Shown: positions 42,922 through 56,849 of the stretch, in pieces
Layout: the number at the start of each line of letters is the position of its first letter
Numbering within the stretch: the first letter of the stretch is position 1
NCBI RefSeq assembly: GCF_902713615.1
Contig: NC_052146.1
Span: 309,954,335 to 310,018,334 of the forward strand
Source: Scyliorhinus canicula
Lineage: Eukaryota
DNA length: 64,000 bases
Direction: 5' to 3'
The notes under the pieces: generated by a model
Database searches by the model: none
What the model saw: only the letters and a program-made list of their open reading frames with translations
What the model was told of the DNA's origin: nothing
Translations under genes and position numbers: made by a program

Positions 42922-44400
42922 TGAGAGACTGAAATTGCCCAAATGTGACACTGGGCTGAGAACATTGTTCATGAAATGAAGTCTGTAATTTGCCTAAGAA
43001 GACATTATTTGCTTTGTGAATATTGCTACAACCATTTCTGTCATAAAAGCACATTGCATTTATCATTTCCTTTCATTGAGGGAAATATTTGTAACTGTTG
43101 GTTTTGCTTTGCAGTATTAAGGACTAATAATTGTGAAATATTGGTCAGTGACTAATCCTTTCCACTGGGTGTCAGTGTGGATTGTGGAGAGATTGTTGAG
43201 GTGTGGAATAGTCTGGGCTCAATCCTAGAGGCCCCGGTGATGGAGAGAAACCTGTGCTCTGCCTCCTCCTGGATCCCTGGGAAGGGGTTTGAATGGGACA
43301 CGTTGCTGTGGAGAGTGGCCAGAGATCACTGGAGAATTCAGAGCCGGACTGGTGTTGGTGACCAATTTGAAACCAGCTGATGATAGCGCCAAGGAGCGCT
43401 TGCAGAATGGAATTCAAATGTGGTCAAAGGGCCAATTACCACAACCCCAGCACATCAGAGTTGTCTCCTAGGCTCAGCCATCTTCCGCTGCTTCAATAAT
43501 CACCTGGATCTGTGTCAATAAGGAGGGTATTTGCTAATGATTTCACACTCTCCCTCCACCCCTGCTAATGAAGAAGCTGATACTGGTCTACAATTAGACC
43601 TGGTTAACAGCCATTCATCTGGGGCAACTGGTTCACCTTCTAACCCCTCACAGCTCCCTCACAATCTAAAAGGCATGTTAGATGTGCCCTTGAACACTTG
43701 CTGCTTGCCTGGGTGGGACAGCCTGCAGCAACATTTGAGAATGTGGGCAGCGTTGGGGACAGAGCAGTTCACTGGGGGTTGGTGGGGTTTCCATTTCCAC
43801 CAGCAGCGCACTCTGGTGGCTGATCTACAGGATGCACCGCAGCAGCTCGCTGAAGGTTATTTGGGCCACACTGCCCTCCCCTGGTTTCTCTCCCACCAAG
43901 AAACACAGCAGCAGCATCATTGTGGCAACATCTTCAATTCCAAGTTACCTCCCAGTCACACACCATCCAGATTGTTTACATCAGCCATTCCTTCATCATC
44001 CATTCATTGGGATGTGTCACCTATGGGAACATTGGGAATACTGTCAGTACACAGCCTGCAGTGGGCCCAGTGTCACAGAGTCACTAGGATTAGGAAAGAA
44101 ATAAATTCCAGGAATAACAATACTTGGGATCAATTTATTCACATTTTTGGGACAAATATTTTTTGAGAGTTTGGTATTAAAATCTTGATTGTATACACAG
44201 GAATTATTATATACTGATAAATAAAATGGTGGAGAAACTGTTTTGTGTGATTCGCTAGGTTTATTTTTAATTGTTTATTCTTGGCTGGTCTGCAGTGTGA
44301 GTTGTTTCTGGAAGTTTTTGCCGGTCATTTCCGATTGTTTCTCTCACTTTTGTTTGATGTGTTTCTACAACTCCAACCAGCCAATCAGCAGGATGCGACC

Positions 44401-44674
44401 ATGTGACAATCCTGATTCTTTTTCTGCCAGTCTGGGCTCAATAAAATTTGAGACGGATTTGCAGGTATCAATTATTGTTTATATTAACCAGCTAGCTGGG
44501 TGACTCACTCTATTGGGAGAGCAGGACACCACCAGTCCCCAGCCTCTTCAACAGCCAGAGTGCAGGACAAAGGAAAAACATCTCATTTCATATACATTCA
44601 AGTTGCATCAAGTTTCACATACAGACGACCAAATAAGGTAACGGTACAAATGCAAAGCTCCCATAGGCTTTCCC
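44401..44674 (+). repeat. 274-bp inverted duplication, left arm
   Basis: Reverse complement of 53845-54118 with only a handful of mismatches. Confidence 0.9.
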
Positions 44675-46960
44675 CATATTCCTTAAACTGGCCTGAGGCT
44701 CCTTTTCCCAGTATCCCTGGCAACAAAGAAATGGTCTTAGTGGCTGCCCATCCCCCTCTTCCTGCCTTCAATCCCAGTTGATGTTAAAAGTCCACTAACC
44801 TAACTCCTTATTCTACTGCAGTAAAATTTTACTCCTAACTTGGCCTAACTACCCATTATGCCTTTCTGTTCATTTCCTCATTCCCTCCTTTTATCATTTC
44901 ATGATAACCTATTGGTCCAATCCCTAGCTGTGCTCAGGATTCCCCTCTGGCAGGATTCTGCTGAGACTGCCCACATGCAGAGGGGCAGGGGACTGTGGTA
45001 GGGACTAGAGTCCCGATAGCGATTTGGCGGGGAAATGGAGGTGACAAAACATTGGTCGCTGTGCCATTAAAGAAGTAGTATCCTTGATCCGTATACAGGC
45101 TAGTATCACAATCAGTATATCGGTTGAGCAGGAATCCCCCAGTAGCCCAGTTTATCCAGCTTTGGAATGCCCATTCGGCCTTCCTAGCAATGCGGAAAGC
45201 CCTAGTTCCCACAGTGATATGGGAGACATTCACCCAGCCACAAAGCTGAAGGCCTGCCTTCAGCGGGACACAAGTGGCATTGTAACAGACGCATTGACCT
45301 GATGTCAGGGTTATGCAACACTTCCGATCAGTACAAGTGGAGAACAGAAAGGTTATATTCATTTCCATCTCTACCAGCAAACAGCCGTACCCCTCACTGC
45401 TGAAACAATTCTCGTATGACCGGGAATCTCTATTGGGAGTGAAGTGGCTAGGTATATACGCTCTCCACCGCTGAAGCTTATCATACTGTGAATGGGAGTT
45501 ATCCCGAGGAAGGGGAAGGCAAATAGCTGGTGGGGCCGAACCCGGATCGTAAGGAAGGGTAACTTGCTCGTGCGGTGGCTCGGAACGCTGACAGTGAACC
45601 ACCATTTTGGGGAGTTCCCCAAAGCGGTGAGACGGACAATAACCTAGACACCGATGTGGGGTTCGGGTAGCAGACAACCTGTCCCTGGCCATACATGCGG
45701 TGGTAGATTTGGTAGAAGAGATTCATGCTGCCCAGGTTCCCTTCGTTCTGGGTCCTAAGTGAAGTAAGTATACCTCCTGATAACCTGCGTTCTCATCGTG
45801 CCTCCCTTCTTACTCGTTCCGTCCTCTTGCTATTCCTCCTCTCTCCCCTACAACCTTTTCCTACCCCCTCCACACGGTCTGATTTTACCTTTATGGCACC
45901 AGTCTTATCACATCCAAAATAAAATGTGCATTTACTCCAAAACAAGGCAATGTCCATGCAATGTTCCCTTCCCATCGCTGGGACCGATATAATTGTTTCA
46001 TGAGCCCTTCATTGTCCTTTAACTTGATAACCTACCATGAGTCGATACTATGCCCTTGTACATGGGGGTATCGGAGTACGTCACCTCTGCATAAGTGAAA
46101 TGTCCTTGTAGTTTGGTCAGGATAACAGGTATAGATGGTGTTCTAAGTGAGGCGAAGCCACAGACAGCACAGGTGGCCCGTATCCAATCCGTCAGGCTCC
46201 ACACCTGTAAAACAGCGCTGGGGAAAGGGGGCAGTTTAGTGACCAACCATTTTGCAGTGGTGGAGGTAGACCCAGCACTCAGCCCCTCCACTTTAACTGC
46301 AGCGGGGGTGGTAAGGAGAACTTGGAAGGGCTCCTGTCACTGTGGCTCCAACCCTTTCCCAGTCCAGTTCTTAACCATGACATAACTACCAGGCTGCACT
46401 GATGTTTCATTTTTCATTATTCAAGCGAGCTATGTAATGGGGACGGTGACGGGTGAGCCGCTCGAACCTGGCTATGGAGTTCCTTGAGGGCTGTAGTGAG
46501 GGCTAATTAATTTTAATTAACCCAATTAATTTTTTTCCAATTGAGGGGCAATTTAGTGTGGCCAATCCACCTAGCCTGCACATCTTTGGGTTGTGGGGGT
46601 GAAACCCACGCAAACACGGGGAGAATGTGCAAGCTCCACACGGACAGTGACCCAGAGCCGGGATCGAACCTGGGACCTCGACGGCGTGAGGCTACAGGGC
46701 TAACCCACTGCGCCACCGTGCTGCCCTGAGCAAGTTGGTTTTGAGGGTCTGATTGTGTCTCTCAACCAAGCCGGCCGTCTGTGACCAGTATGCACAGTGG
46801 ACTGCTGGCGTATGCTCAACCGGGAGCAGAACTCCTCGTTAATCTGTCCAATAAAATGGGGCCCGTTATCAGAACTTCACTGAGCTGGTATTCCGTACAT
46901 AAACACCTCATCAAATTTTTACAACCTCTGGCTCTCCGTCCAGCTTCCTTCTGGTGTGAT
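44675..46960 (-). pseudogene. Gamma/epsilon-like ERV relic: integrase 3' half, deleted env, PPT, partial 3' LTR
   Basis: YGIPAQ*SSDNGPHFIGQ; QPGSYVMVKNW...PFQVLLTTPAAVKV; Cys-rich env-like ORF 44934..45692 (GYYFFNGTATNVL); AAAAGGAGGGAA|TG at ~44884. A SINE is inserted at 46513-46727. Confidence 0.72.
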
Positions 46961-46979
46961 GGTCACCAGTAACAGGATG

Positions 46980-49900
46980 TCATCTTGGTGAGTAATGATG
47001 GGCCAAGTCTATCGGCATCATCTGAGCCATAGCCAGCTTACAACACATATTAAGGCATCCAATGATTATACAGTATACAATTATAATAACAAGTATTATC
47101 AATCCATGCATCAGGTAAAACCCCATGACCAAGCTATGAGAGCTAACTCTGAGCTGAATCCTGCTGTAGGGTTTAGATCCCTCTTATAGTTGTACTGACT
47201 AGCAACTATCCCTCATCCTTGTCATTTGTATGTACATGCCATGATTTGTAAACTGTGCACGGAAATCAATGGTAAATGCATCCATCTCACAGACCAGTGT
47301 CGATAGACCCTTTGTGTTCTGCTTTCCTCAAGTCCAATCACCATGAACCATAGCTGTCGCCGCTCAGGAAGGTAACACAATAGCTATCTCCGTGTGTCCC
47401 ACTACCTCCAAGGCATCTGACTACCTTGGGGTAGGAGCACAGTAAAAGCTTCCTCATATCCCTTAGAAACAGCACACAACTCAGTCCATCAGTGACCAAA
47501 AGGCTGAATGGCCTCCTTCTGCACTGTAAATTCTATGATAATCTATCCCTCACTGGGTTTTATTTTAATGTAGGAAGTGCTTTCCGTTTCTCATGAGAAT
47601 GGAATATTATGATATCATGTATTATCTACTGATTATCTTGCTTTATTAATTGCAGGAGCTTCAGCCGATCCTGTTTCTATTCCTGACTTCCTTACACTAA
47701 CGTTGAACATTGTACTGAACCATGTAGCCTGCCAGCCCTGGCTTACTTGAGACAATAGCTCAGTTTTCTTTAAACTCCTTTTGTCTGTTATCATTTTCCT
47801 TGCAGCATGAAGTGTATACTTGCCATTATTCATTTTTTTTTAATAACACCACTTGAATATTTAATACAGTTAACTTTTTGTTGTTACAACCCAGTTGAAT
47901 CCATACATTACAGTCCCTCACAACTTACAGGACATTTTGTCTGTAATAACTGTTATAGTCTCCAATGCTATATTGGTTGCTGCATTGGATACAAATTTTC
48001 CCTCATGGCAGCAAGCTGCCAAGTTTATTAAACTATTGTCATTTAAAATACGGGGGTTCCTCGTCAGTCGCTGCTGTCTGCCGAGACCCTTAATAACTCC
48101 ACCGCGTAATACGCCCCTCCTGGAGACCACAGATCATCCATCAGCTAACGTCCAGTTAGAGATGTCTGACCGGAGGTTTCACTATTCAGTAATAATTTAA
48201 TATTTTGATTTGTTGCTAACCCGTAAGGTTTTTCTTCCAGGCTCTATCATTTAATTCCCTCTAATATGTAGCCAATTGTATCATTAGTTTTTTTTTCATA
48301 CTATCTGAAACATTCTTCTCCAGAGTGTTGTTCAGGTTCGTCATCTGTATTATTGTTGCTTCATCTGAAACCCAAATGAACAGGTCAAAGGCGGAGAGGG
48401 CCCTATTTCTTGATTTGTATCTTCCTATGTTTGCTTGGATATTCCAGAAGTATCCTCTCCAGGACTTCCAGATTTCCATTTCCACCATTCCTCTTTTTCT
48501 AACTCAGCGATTCAATCAGGTCGAAACTTTCCCTACTATATTTCGGATATTGCTAATCTACTTCAATGTTTTTAATTCTGATTGTGACAGGATTTTTTGA
48601 AAGCTAAGTTCCGAACATGACATTTTCACTGTATCACCTGTCCTATCGATGCTGCTAACTGGTTTCAATTCACTGGCATCCTGACACCCACACCCAAACA
48701 TTCCCTTTTTCCCTTGTCCGAGCGGTTGGGGGGTATGATCTATCCTGTGGCACGGCATCATTGCAGTGATACAGTCACTGAGCACTGTTAGGCTAATTTT
48801 ACATCCCCAGGTCATCACAAACTTCAATCACCAGTATTGCTTTGAGCCGAAGCATTTCCCCATTTCTATTGTTCTAAATGCAATATCAAATCGACTGACC
48901 ACGCTGTATCTGTCATTCTCATAGGTTTCATATGATTACTCCTTGACCAGACTACTGGGCTAGAGGACGTGCCACACCTTTGACACGATGTTTCATTATG
49001 TTCCCAATGAATCATATTGAACTGGGGACCAATTCTCTAATGCAACTTCCCCTGTGCTTCTATCAGCTGTGATTAAAAGTACAAATTACTTTTGGTGCTC
49101 TGAGGAAAAAGAGGGCCTGCATACTCTCATGACCATTCTTCCATCGGTGTCTCAAATACCCCAAAGTTCTCATGATTTGCTGAACCCCGTTTCGTGAAAC
49201 ATGCGCTGTGATTCTAGTAACTTTCTCTCTCATCCCAGCACTGGCCTCCCTGCCTGCCTTTGACACTGAATACCCTAAATGGTCGACTTCGCTCCTGCCA
49301 ATCTGGCATTTCTTTAACCCTATTTTAAATCCTACTTCACTAAGTGTTTTAATAATTTTGGTCACTCTTTCAACATGTGTCCCCCTGATCATCATCTCTA
49401 ATTAACACATCATCAATATATACTAAAGCCAAATCATTTTTAATCAGCTCCCTTACTATTGCCTGAAAGTGGTTCAGGGAATTAACATATCCTCGTGGCG
49501 ATTTACAGTATACGTAATGTTTACTGCCAAAGGTATTACTAGTTTTGCTTTCCTTATCTCCTCTAGTTACCAATTGGTGTTTATATCTTAATTTTTTCTT
49601 TTTTACACATCTATTTTTATTAATGCCATCAGATTCTTATTTCCTGATACTGCAAGTAATACTCCTAATCTAAGGTCCGGTCCCATATCTTTATTCCTTA
49701 AAGCCCCATCTGCAAAGTAGTCCAAAAAAAAATCCATAGTCTTTGCTGTATGAAAATCCCCGATCAGTAAATTTGATGTTTAGTGAGTTTCCAGAGAAAA
49801 TACTGAAATCTCTACAAATTTGGAACACACCGAACAAAATTTTTAATTGTCGGTACATCATGGCTGCCTCTAACAAAGGAGCACATGGCACACACCGAAT

Positions 49901-52900
49901 GCCTAGTCTTCACATTTCAATTTAGATTCCTTTGTTCTCTTATTTCTTAATTAATTTTTTTAGCAGCCAAGACAATGCCAAGTTGAAACGAATCATTTAG
50001 AAATCCCAATTTATACATTTTGATTTTGCTTTTTGTTTACATCCTGAGAATTATGTTCTAATTAACTGCCAGAATGTTAATCATTATTACAGATTTTCTA
50101 AAGAACTTTCAAATACATACCCCGTTTTAAATCTCACTTTAACGGCCAAGTATATAGAACATAGACCATTACACGCAGTACAGGCCCTTCGGCCCTCGAT
50201 GTTGCGCCGACCTGTGAAACCATCTGAAGCCTATCTGACCTACACTATTCCATTTTCATCCATATGTCTATCCAGGGACCACTTAAATGCCCTTAAAGTT
50301 GGCGAGTCTACTACTGTTGCAGGCAGGGCGTTCCACACCCCTACTACTCTCTGAGTAAAGAAACTGCCTCTGACATCTGTCCTATATCTACCACCCCTCA
50401 ATTTAAAGCTATGTCCCCTCGTGTTGGTCATCACCATCTGAGGAAAGAGATTCTCACTGTCCACCCTATCTAACCCTCTGACTATCTTCTATGGCTCTAT
50501 TAAGTCACCTCTCAGCCTTCTCCTCTCTAATGAAAACAACCTCAAGTCCCTGAGCCTTTCCTCGTATGACCCTCTCTCCATACCAGGCAACATCGCAGTA
50601 AGTCTCCTCTGAACCCTTTCCAAAGATTTCACATCCTTCCTACAATGTGGTGACCAGAACTGCACGCAGTACTCCAGGAGCGGCCGCATCAGAGTTATGT
50701 ACAGCTGCAGCATGACCCTGTGGCACCGAAACTCAATCCCCCGACTGATAAAGGCTAGCACACCATATGCCTTCTTAACAGCCCTATTAACCTGGGTGGC
50801 AACTTTAAGGGATTGATGTACCTGGATGCCGAGATCTCTCCGTTCATCTACACTCCCAAGAATCTTGCCATTAGCCCAGTATTCTACATTCCTGTTACTC
50901 CTTCCAAAGTGAACCACCTCAGACTTTTCTGCATTAAACTCCATCTGCCACCTCTCAGCCCAGCTCTGCAGCTTATATATGTCCATCTGTATCCTATAAC
51001 ATCCTTCAGCACTATCCACAACTCCACCGACCTTCGTGTCATCTGCAAATTTACTAACCCATCCTTCTACACCCTCTTCCAGGTCATTTATAAAAATGAC
51101 AAACAGCAGTGGCCCCAAAACAGATCCTTGTGGTACACCACTAGTAACTGAACTCCAGGATAAACATTTGCCATCAACCACCACCCTCTGTCTTCTTTCA
51201 GCTAGCCAATTACTGATCCAAACCGCTAACTCACCTTCAATCCCATACTTCCTTATTTTCTGCAATAGCCTACCGTGGGGAACCTTATCAAACGCCTTAC
51301 TCAAATCCATATACACCACATCAACCGCTTTACCCTCATCCACCTGTTTGGTCACCTTCTCAAAAAACTCAATAATGTTTGTGAGGCATGACCTACCCTT
51401 CACAAAACCGTGTTGACTATCGCTAATCAACTTGTTCTTTTCAAGATGATTATAAACCCTCTCTCTTATAACCTTTTCCAACATTTTACCCACAACCGAA
51501 GTAAGGCTCACAGGTCTATAATTACCAGGGTTGTCTCTACTCCCCTTCTTGAACAAGGGGACAACATTTGCTATCCTCCAGTCTTCCGGCACTATTCCTG
51601 TCGACAAAGACGACATAAAGATCAAGGACAAAGGCTCTGCAATCTCCTCCCTGGCTTCCCAGAGAATCCTAGGATAAATCCCATCTGGCCCAAGGGACTT
51701 ATCTATTTTTACATTTTCCAAAATTGCTAACACCTCCTCCTTGTGAACCTCAATTCCATCTAGCCTGGTCGACTGAACCTGAGTATTCTCCTCGACAACA
51801 TTGTCTTTCTCCAGTGTAAACACTGATGAAAAATATCCATTTAACGCTTCCCCTATCTCCTCTGATTCCACACACAACTTTCCACTACTATCCGTGATTG
51901 GCCCTAATCTTACTCTAGTCATTCTTTTGTTCCTGATATACCTATAGAAAGCCTTAGGGTTTTCCTTGATCCTATCCGCCAACGTCTTTTCGTGTCCTCT
52001 CCTCGCTCTTCTTAACTCTCCCTTTAGGTCCTTCCTGGCTAACTTGTAACTCTCAAGTGCCCTAACTGAGCCTTCATGTCTCATCCTAACATAAGCCTTC
52101 TTCTTCCTCTTGACAAGTGCTTCAATTTCCTTAGTAAACCACGGTTCCCTTGCTCGACAACTTCCTCCCTGCCTGACAGGTACATACTTATCAAGGACAC
52201 GCAGTAGCTGTTCCTTGAGAAAGCTCCACATTTCGATTGCACCCATCCCCTGCAGTTTCCTTCTCCATCCTATACATCCTAAATCTTGCCGAATAGCATC
52301 ATAATTGCCTTTCCCCCAGCTATAATTCTTGCCTTGCGGTATATACCTATCCCTGTCCATTGCTAAAGTAAACATAACCGAATTGTGATCACTATCACCA
52401 AAGTGCTCACCTACATCTAAATCTAACACCTGGCTGGGTTCATTACCCAGTACCAAATCCAATGTGGCCTCGCCCCTTGTTGGCCTGTCTACATACTGTG
52501 TCAGAATACCCTCCTGCACACACTGCACAAAAACTGACCCATCTATAGTACTTGAACTATAGTATTTCCAGTCAATATTTGGAAAGTTAAAGTCCCCCAT
52601 AACAACTACCCTGTTACTCTCGCTCCTGTCGAGAATCATCTTTGCAATCCTTTCCTCTACATCTCTGGAACTATTCGGAGGTCTACAGACAACTCCCAAC
52701 AGGGTGACCTCCCCTCTCCTGTTCCTAACCTCGGCCCATACTACCTCAGTAGACGAGTCCTCAAACGTCCTTTCTCCCTCCGTAATACTTTCCTTGATTA
52801 ACAATGCCACACCCCCCCCTCTTTTACCATCTTCTCTGTTCTTACAGAAACATCTAAATCCTGGAACTTGCAACAAACATTCCTGTCCCTGCTCTACCCA

Positions 52901-53844
52901 TGTCTCCAAAATCGCCACAACATTGAGATCCCAGGTACCAACCAATGCTGCAAGCTCACCCACCTTATTCCGGATGCTCCTGGCGTTGAAGTAGAAGTAG
53001 AACCTCCTACTTCGTTGAAGTAGAAGTATACCTCCTAATTGATGTGCAACTTCGTTTTGCAAAACACAACATTTTAAAAACTTAGAATACCAGAGGATGT
53101 TCACAAATTCTTATTAAACAAACTCATTCATTCGTTGGAGATCTCCATTCAAACAAAAGGAATTCAAATCATTATACTTTCATTCATCACAACTAAACGA
53201 ACAATAAATGTTTGAATTTTTCAAAGAAAACAGAATAGAATTTTAGCAAATCCTGAGAGCTCTCCGATACAGTTCTAAACTTCCCAAGTCTCTGGTTCTC
53301 CCTTGTGGCCATTCATCTCCCAATTCTTTGTTTCACTCAAAATAAAATCTCCCAACAATAAATTTTAACTTCGCCAATCCTAATTGTACGGAATGGAATT
53401 GTCTCCAGAACATTCCATCAGTGGTCTTTACTGAATTGTCTCTATGACATTCCATCAACCTGTTAAAGATCTTAACCGAATTAAAGTGTAATTTAATATA
53501 TCCAATTTTGATTTTCAACTCACATGCAACTGACTGACTAGGCAACATTCCAACAGTCACCAGCTGAATTGTTACTCCGTATTCACTCAATCATGTTCAA
53601 CCCCACAGCCGTACCTGCATTGACTGAAATTAATTCTTCTCATCCGCCAGACTGACCTTTGATTTCATCGAGACCATCTTACCTGATCAAATGCGAGTGA
53701 TTAGACAGTTAGCACAATACGAGAGAGAGGAAATCGACATAGCAATTTTCCAGCTACTGATATCATGGGACCATTTCCTATTTCCCCTTCTGAGATCAGT
53801 CCAATTCTGATTTCGCAGATGAGAGGTGATTGCCTGGAGAAATC
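46980..53844 (-). pseudogene. Heavily decayed second retrovirus-like element (probable gag region, RT, IN, env-like region with TM anchor), interrupted by a CR1
   Basis: RT: YVYCKSPRGYVNS...LVYIDDVL...GFKIGLKKCQIG...LGY (49063-49573). IN zinc-finger remnant CQRC (~48960). Terminal hydrophobic HGLIILVIIIVYCIIIGCL (~47050-47110). Confidence 0.55.
50155..53000 (-). mobile_element. 5'-truncated CR1 LINE (ORF2 nearly complete, frameshift near the 3' end)
   Basis: The 871-aa frame 50489..53104 has APE and RT motifs; 50240..50464 continues in another frame. There is a ctatgttctat tail and a probable TSD AAGTATA. Confidence 0.9.
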
Positions 53845-54118
53845 GGGAAAGCCTATGGGAGCTTTGCATTTGTACCGTTGCCTTATTTGGTCGTCTGTAT
53901 GTGAAACTTGATGCAACTTGAATGTATATGAAATGAGATGTTTTTCCTTTGTCCTGCACTCTGGCTGTTGAAGAGGCTGGGGACTGGTGGTGTCCTGCTC
54001 TCCCAATAGAGTGAGTCACCCAGCTAGCTGGTTAATATAAACAATAATTGATACCTGTAAATCCATCTCAAATTTTATTGAGCCCAGACTGGCAGCAAAA
54101 AATTCAGGATTGTCACAT
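53845..54118 (-). repeat. 274-bp inverted duplication, right arm
   Basis: See 44401-44674; the ORF track shows the same peptide, MTHSIGRAGHHQSP..., on opposite strands. Confidence 0.9.
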
Positions 54119-55319
54119 GCAAATAAGGGCCTGACTTTCACACGGTACATTATTAGGCGAGGGGTGAATGTGAAACAGCACAAATGGACTTCCCGTTGAG
54201 TTCCCGCGCACCCTGACCTCTCGGCCATTTTACACTGGGACCGGGGAGGCCTTGGACAGGCTGCTCACCCTTTCCCCAATCAGGCCCTGAAGTAGCCAAT
54301 TACTGGCCACAAGGGCCATTTAATACCCAGCCTCAATTGGAGGATTTTCCACCAATGGGAGAAGCCTAAATATGTTTGGGCCTCGGTAGAAAATGGGGGG
54401 GTTGGGGGGAGGGTACCGCGGTGGGGAGGGGCCTCTATCAGAAGCCAACTTTACTTTTGTGTACCCTCCCCTTAAGGACCGGTTGGCACTGAATATCCCT
54501 GTACATCCCCACCCCCTGGCCTCTCACTCAGCACCCCAATCCACCACTCTCCACCTCCCCTCCACCTTCCCTACCCTCCCCACCTTAATTCTCTGAAACT
54601 ATCTCTTTACCTGATTTCCCAGGACCTCGTCCCCAGGGACTGCATGCAATCCCACTTCTGTCCACAGCAGCCTCTGGCGCTGCAGGCACCTGGTCCCAGC
54701 CAGACAATCAGATTGGCCAGCAGCTGTCTAAGGAGGGACTTCTTCCCGGGTGAGGGGCGGAGGTCCCACCTCCAGCCAATCAATGCTCAATGGAGTGTGA
54801 AATGGGTGCGGTGTTGGTGGGGATGTGATACCCACCTACACTTTAGATGGCTGAATGGGAAATGTCGCTATTCGAAACCCCCCCATCAAGATCAGAAACT
54901 AGAACAATAGAAGTTAGTGGACATCAGGAAACGTGTGTTACTCACACATTAGTAACAGAACAGTTAATGAGCTCATCACAATACAATATAGGGTATGAGC
55001 TGTACCTTACTGTCTGTGTGAGCTCCTTATCATTGACACTATCTCTGTAGCTTCCTTGTGATTTTATGTTTATATTCTAGATGTATTCTTTTTTCTCTTC
55101 CTTCACCTCCTGTGTTTCCATGGATGTGTTAATGGGAGAATCTGTTAAATATTCTTCCTTCCTCTCTCTCTCATTCATACCCCTCCATCCTTGGTTTTCC
55201 AGTCCTATCCCTCACCCTCTCCCTTTCCCGTATTCTGGACACTCCCAGCAAAGAAGGACCAAGGAATTGATGAAGAATGGGAAAATAGCGCACATGTGGG
55301 AACATAAAAACTGACTGTG

Positions 55320-56830
55320 AAAGTTTCTATGGGGGCGTGAAGAGAAAAATATTGGTGAAGACAAATGTAGGTCCCTTACAGTCAGAAACAGGGGAATTTA
55401 CACCAGGGGACAAAGAAATGGCTGAGCAACAAAACACCGACTTTGGTTCTGGCTTCACAAATGAGGACACAAATCAGATCCCAGAAATGTTGGGGAACGC
55501 AGGGTTTAGTGAGAGGGAGGAACTGAAGTAGATCAATATCAGTAGAGAAATGATGTTGGGGAAATTGATGGGATTGAAGGCTGATATATCCCCAGGACCG
55601 GATAATCTACATCCCAGAGAATTTAAGGAAGTGGCTCTAGAAATGGTGGATGCATTGGTCGGCATCTTCCGGGATTCGATAGACTCCCCAATAGTTCCTG
55701 CAGATTGGGGGTAGCTCATGTAACTCCCCTATTTAAAAAAGGAGAAATGGAGAAAACAGGGAATTGTAGACCAGGAAGCCTGACGTCAGTGGTGGGGAAA
55801 ATTCTCGGATCCATAATCAAAGCTTTGATAGCAGAGCACTTAGAAAACTGTGGCAGGGTCAGACAGAGTCAGGATGGATTTACAAAAGAGAAATCTTGCT
55901 TGACAAATCTCCCAGATGTTTTTGAGGAAGTAGCTAGTAGAGATGACAAGGGGGAGCCTGTGGATGGGGTTTATTTGGACTTTCAATAGGCTTTTGGCGA
56001 AGTCTCGCATGAGAGATTTGTGTGAAATTAAGTGCATGGGATTAGGGATAGAGTATCGAGATGGATACAAAAGGGCAGCAGGGTAGCATGGTGGTTAGCA
56101 TAAATGCTTCACAGCTCCAGGGTCCCAGGTTCGATTCCCGGCTGGGTCACTGTCTGTGTGGAGTCTGCACGTCCTCCCCCTGTGTGCGTGGGTTTCCTCC
56201 GGGTGCTCCGGATTCCTCCCACAGTCCAAAGATGTGCGGGTTAGGTCGATTGGCCATGCTAAATTGCCCGTAGTGTCCTAATAAAAGTAAGGTTAAGGGG
56301 GGGGTGGGTTGTTGGGTTACGGGTATAGGGTGGATACGTGAGTTTGAGTAGGGTGATCATGGCTCGGCACAACATTGAGGGCCGAAGGGCCTGTTCTGTG
56401 CTGTACTGTTCTATGTTCTAAAACTGGTTGGCAGATTGGAAACAAAGACGAGGAACGAACGGGTCTTTATCAAATTGGCAAGTAGTGACTCATGGGGTAT
56501 CGCAGCGATCAGTGCTCGGACCCCAGCTATTCACAATATATATTAATGATTTAGATGAAGGAACAAAATGTCATATCGACAAATTTGCAGCTGACACAAA
56601 GTTGGGTGTGAGGGTGAGCTGTGAGGAGGATGCAGAGATCCTTCAGTGTGGTTTGGACAGGTTGAGTGAGTGGGCAAATGAATGGCAGATGCTGTATAAT
56701 TTGGAAAAATGTGAGGTTATCCACTTCGGCAGCAAAAACAAGAAGGCAGAGTATTATCTGAATGCCCATAAATTAGGATAGGGGAATGTGCAATAAGACC
56801 TGGATGTCCTCATACACCAGTCACTGAAGG
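55320..56830 (+). pseudogene. Decayed CR1 ORF2 with an HE1-like SINE at ~56078-56420
   Basis: NCRPGSLTSVVGK...CLTNL...YLDFQ; SQRSVLGPQLFTIYINDL...FAADTKLG. Confidence 0.8.
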
Positions 56831-56849
56831 TAAGCTTGCAGATATAATA

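Noticed and set aside
41133-42965. Repetitive ORFs (ITPQQ, RGDLL, DPDITGHT, CPVISGSV)
   Set aside because: These are artefacts of stop-free minisatellites open in several frames. They are also not CRISPR arrays, since there are no unique spacers and the DNA is eukaryotic.
50489-53104. N-terminal 35 aa of the 871-aa ORF as a novel fusion
   Set aside because: It is a chance open frame through flanking DNA at a 5'-truncated CR1, with a non-ATG start.
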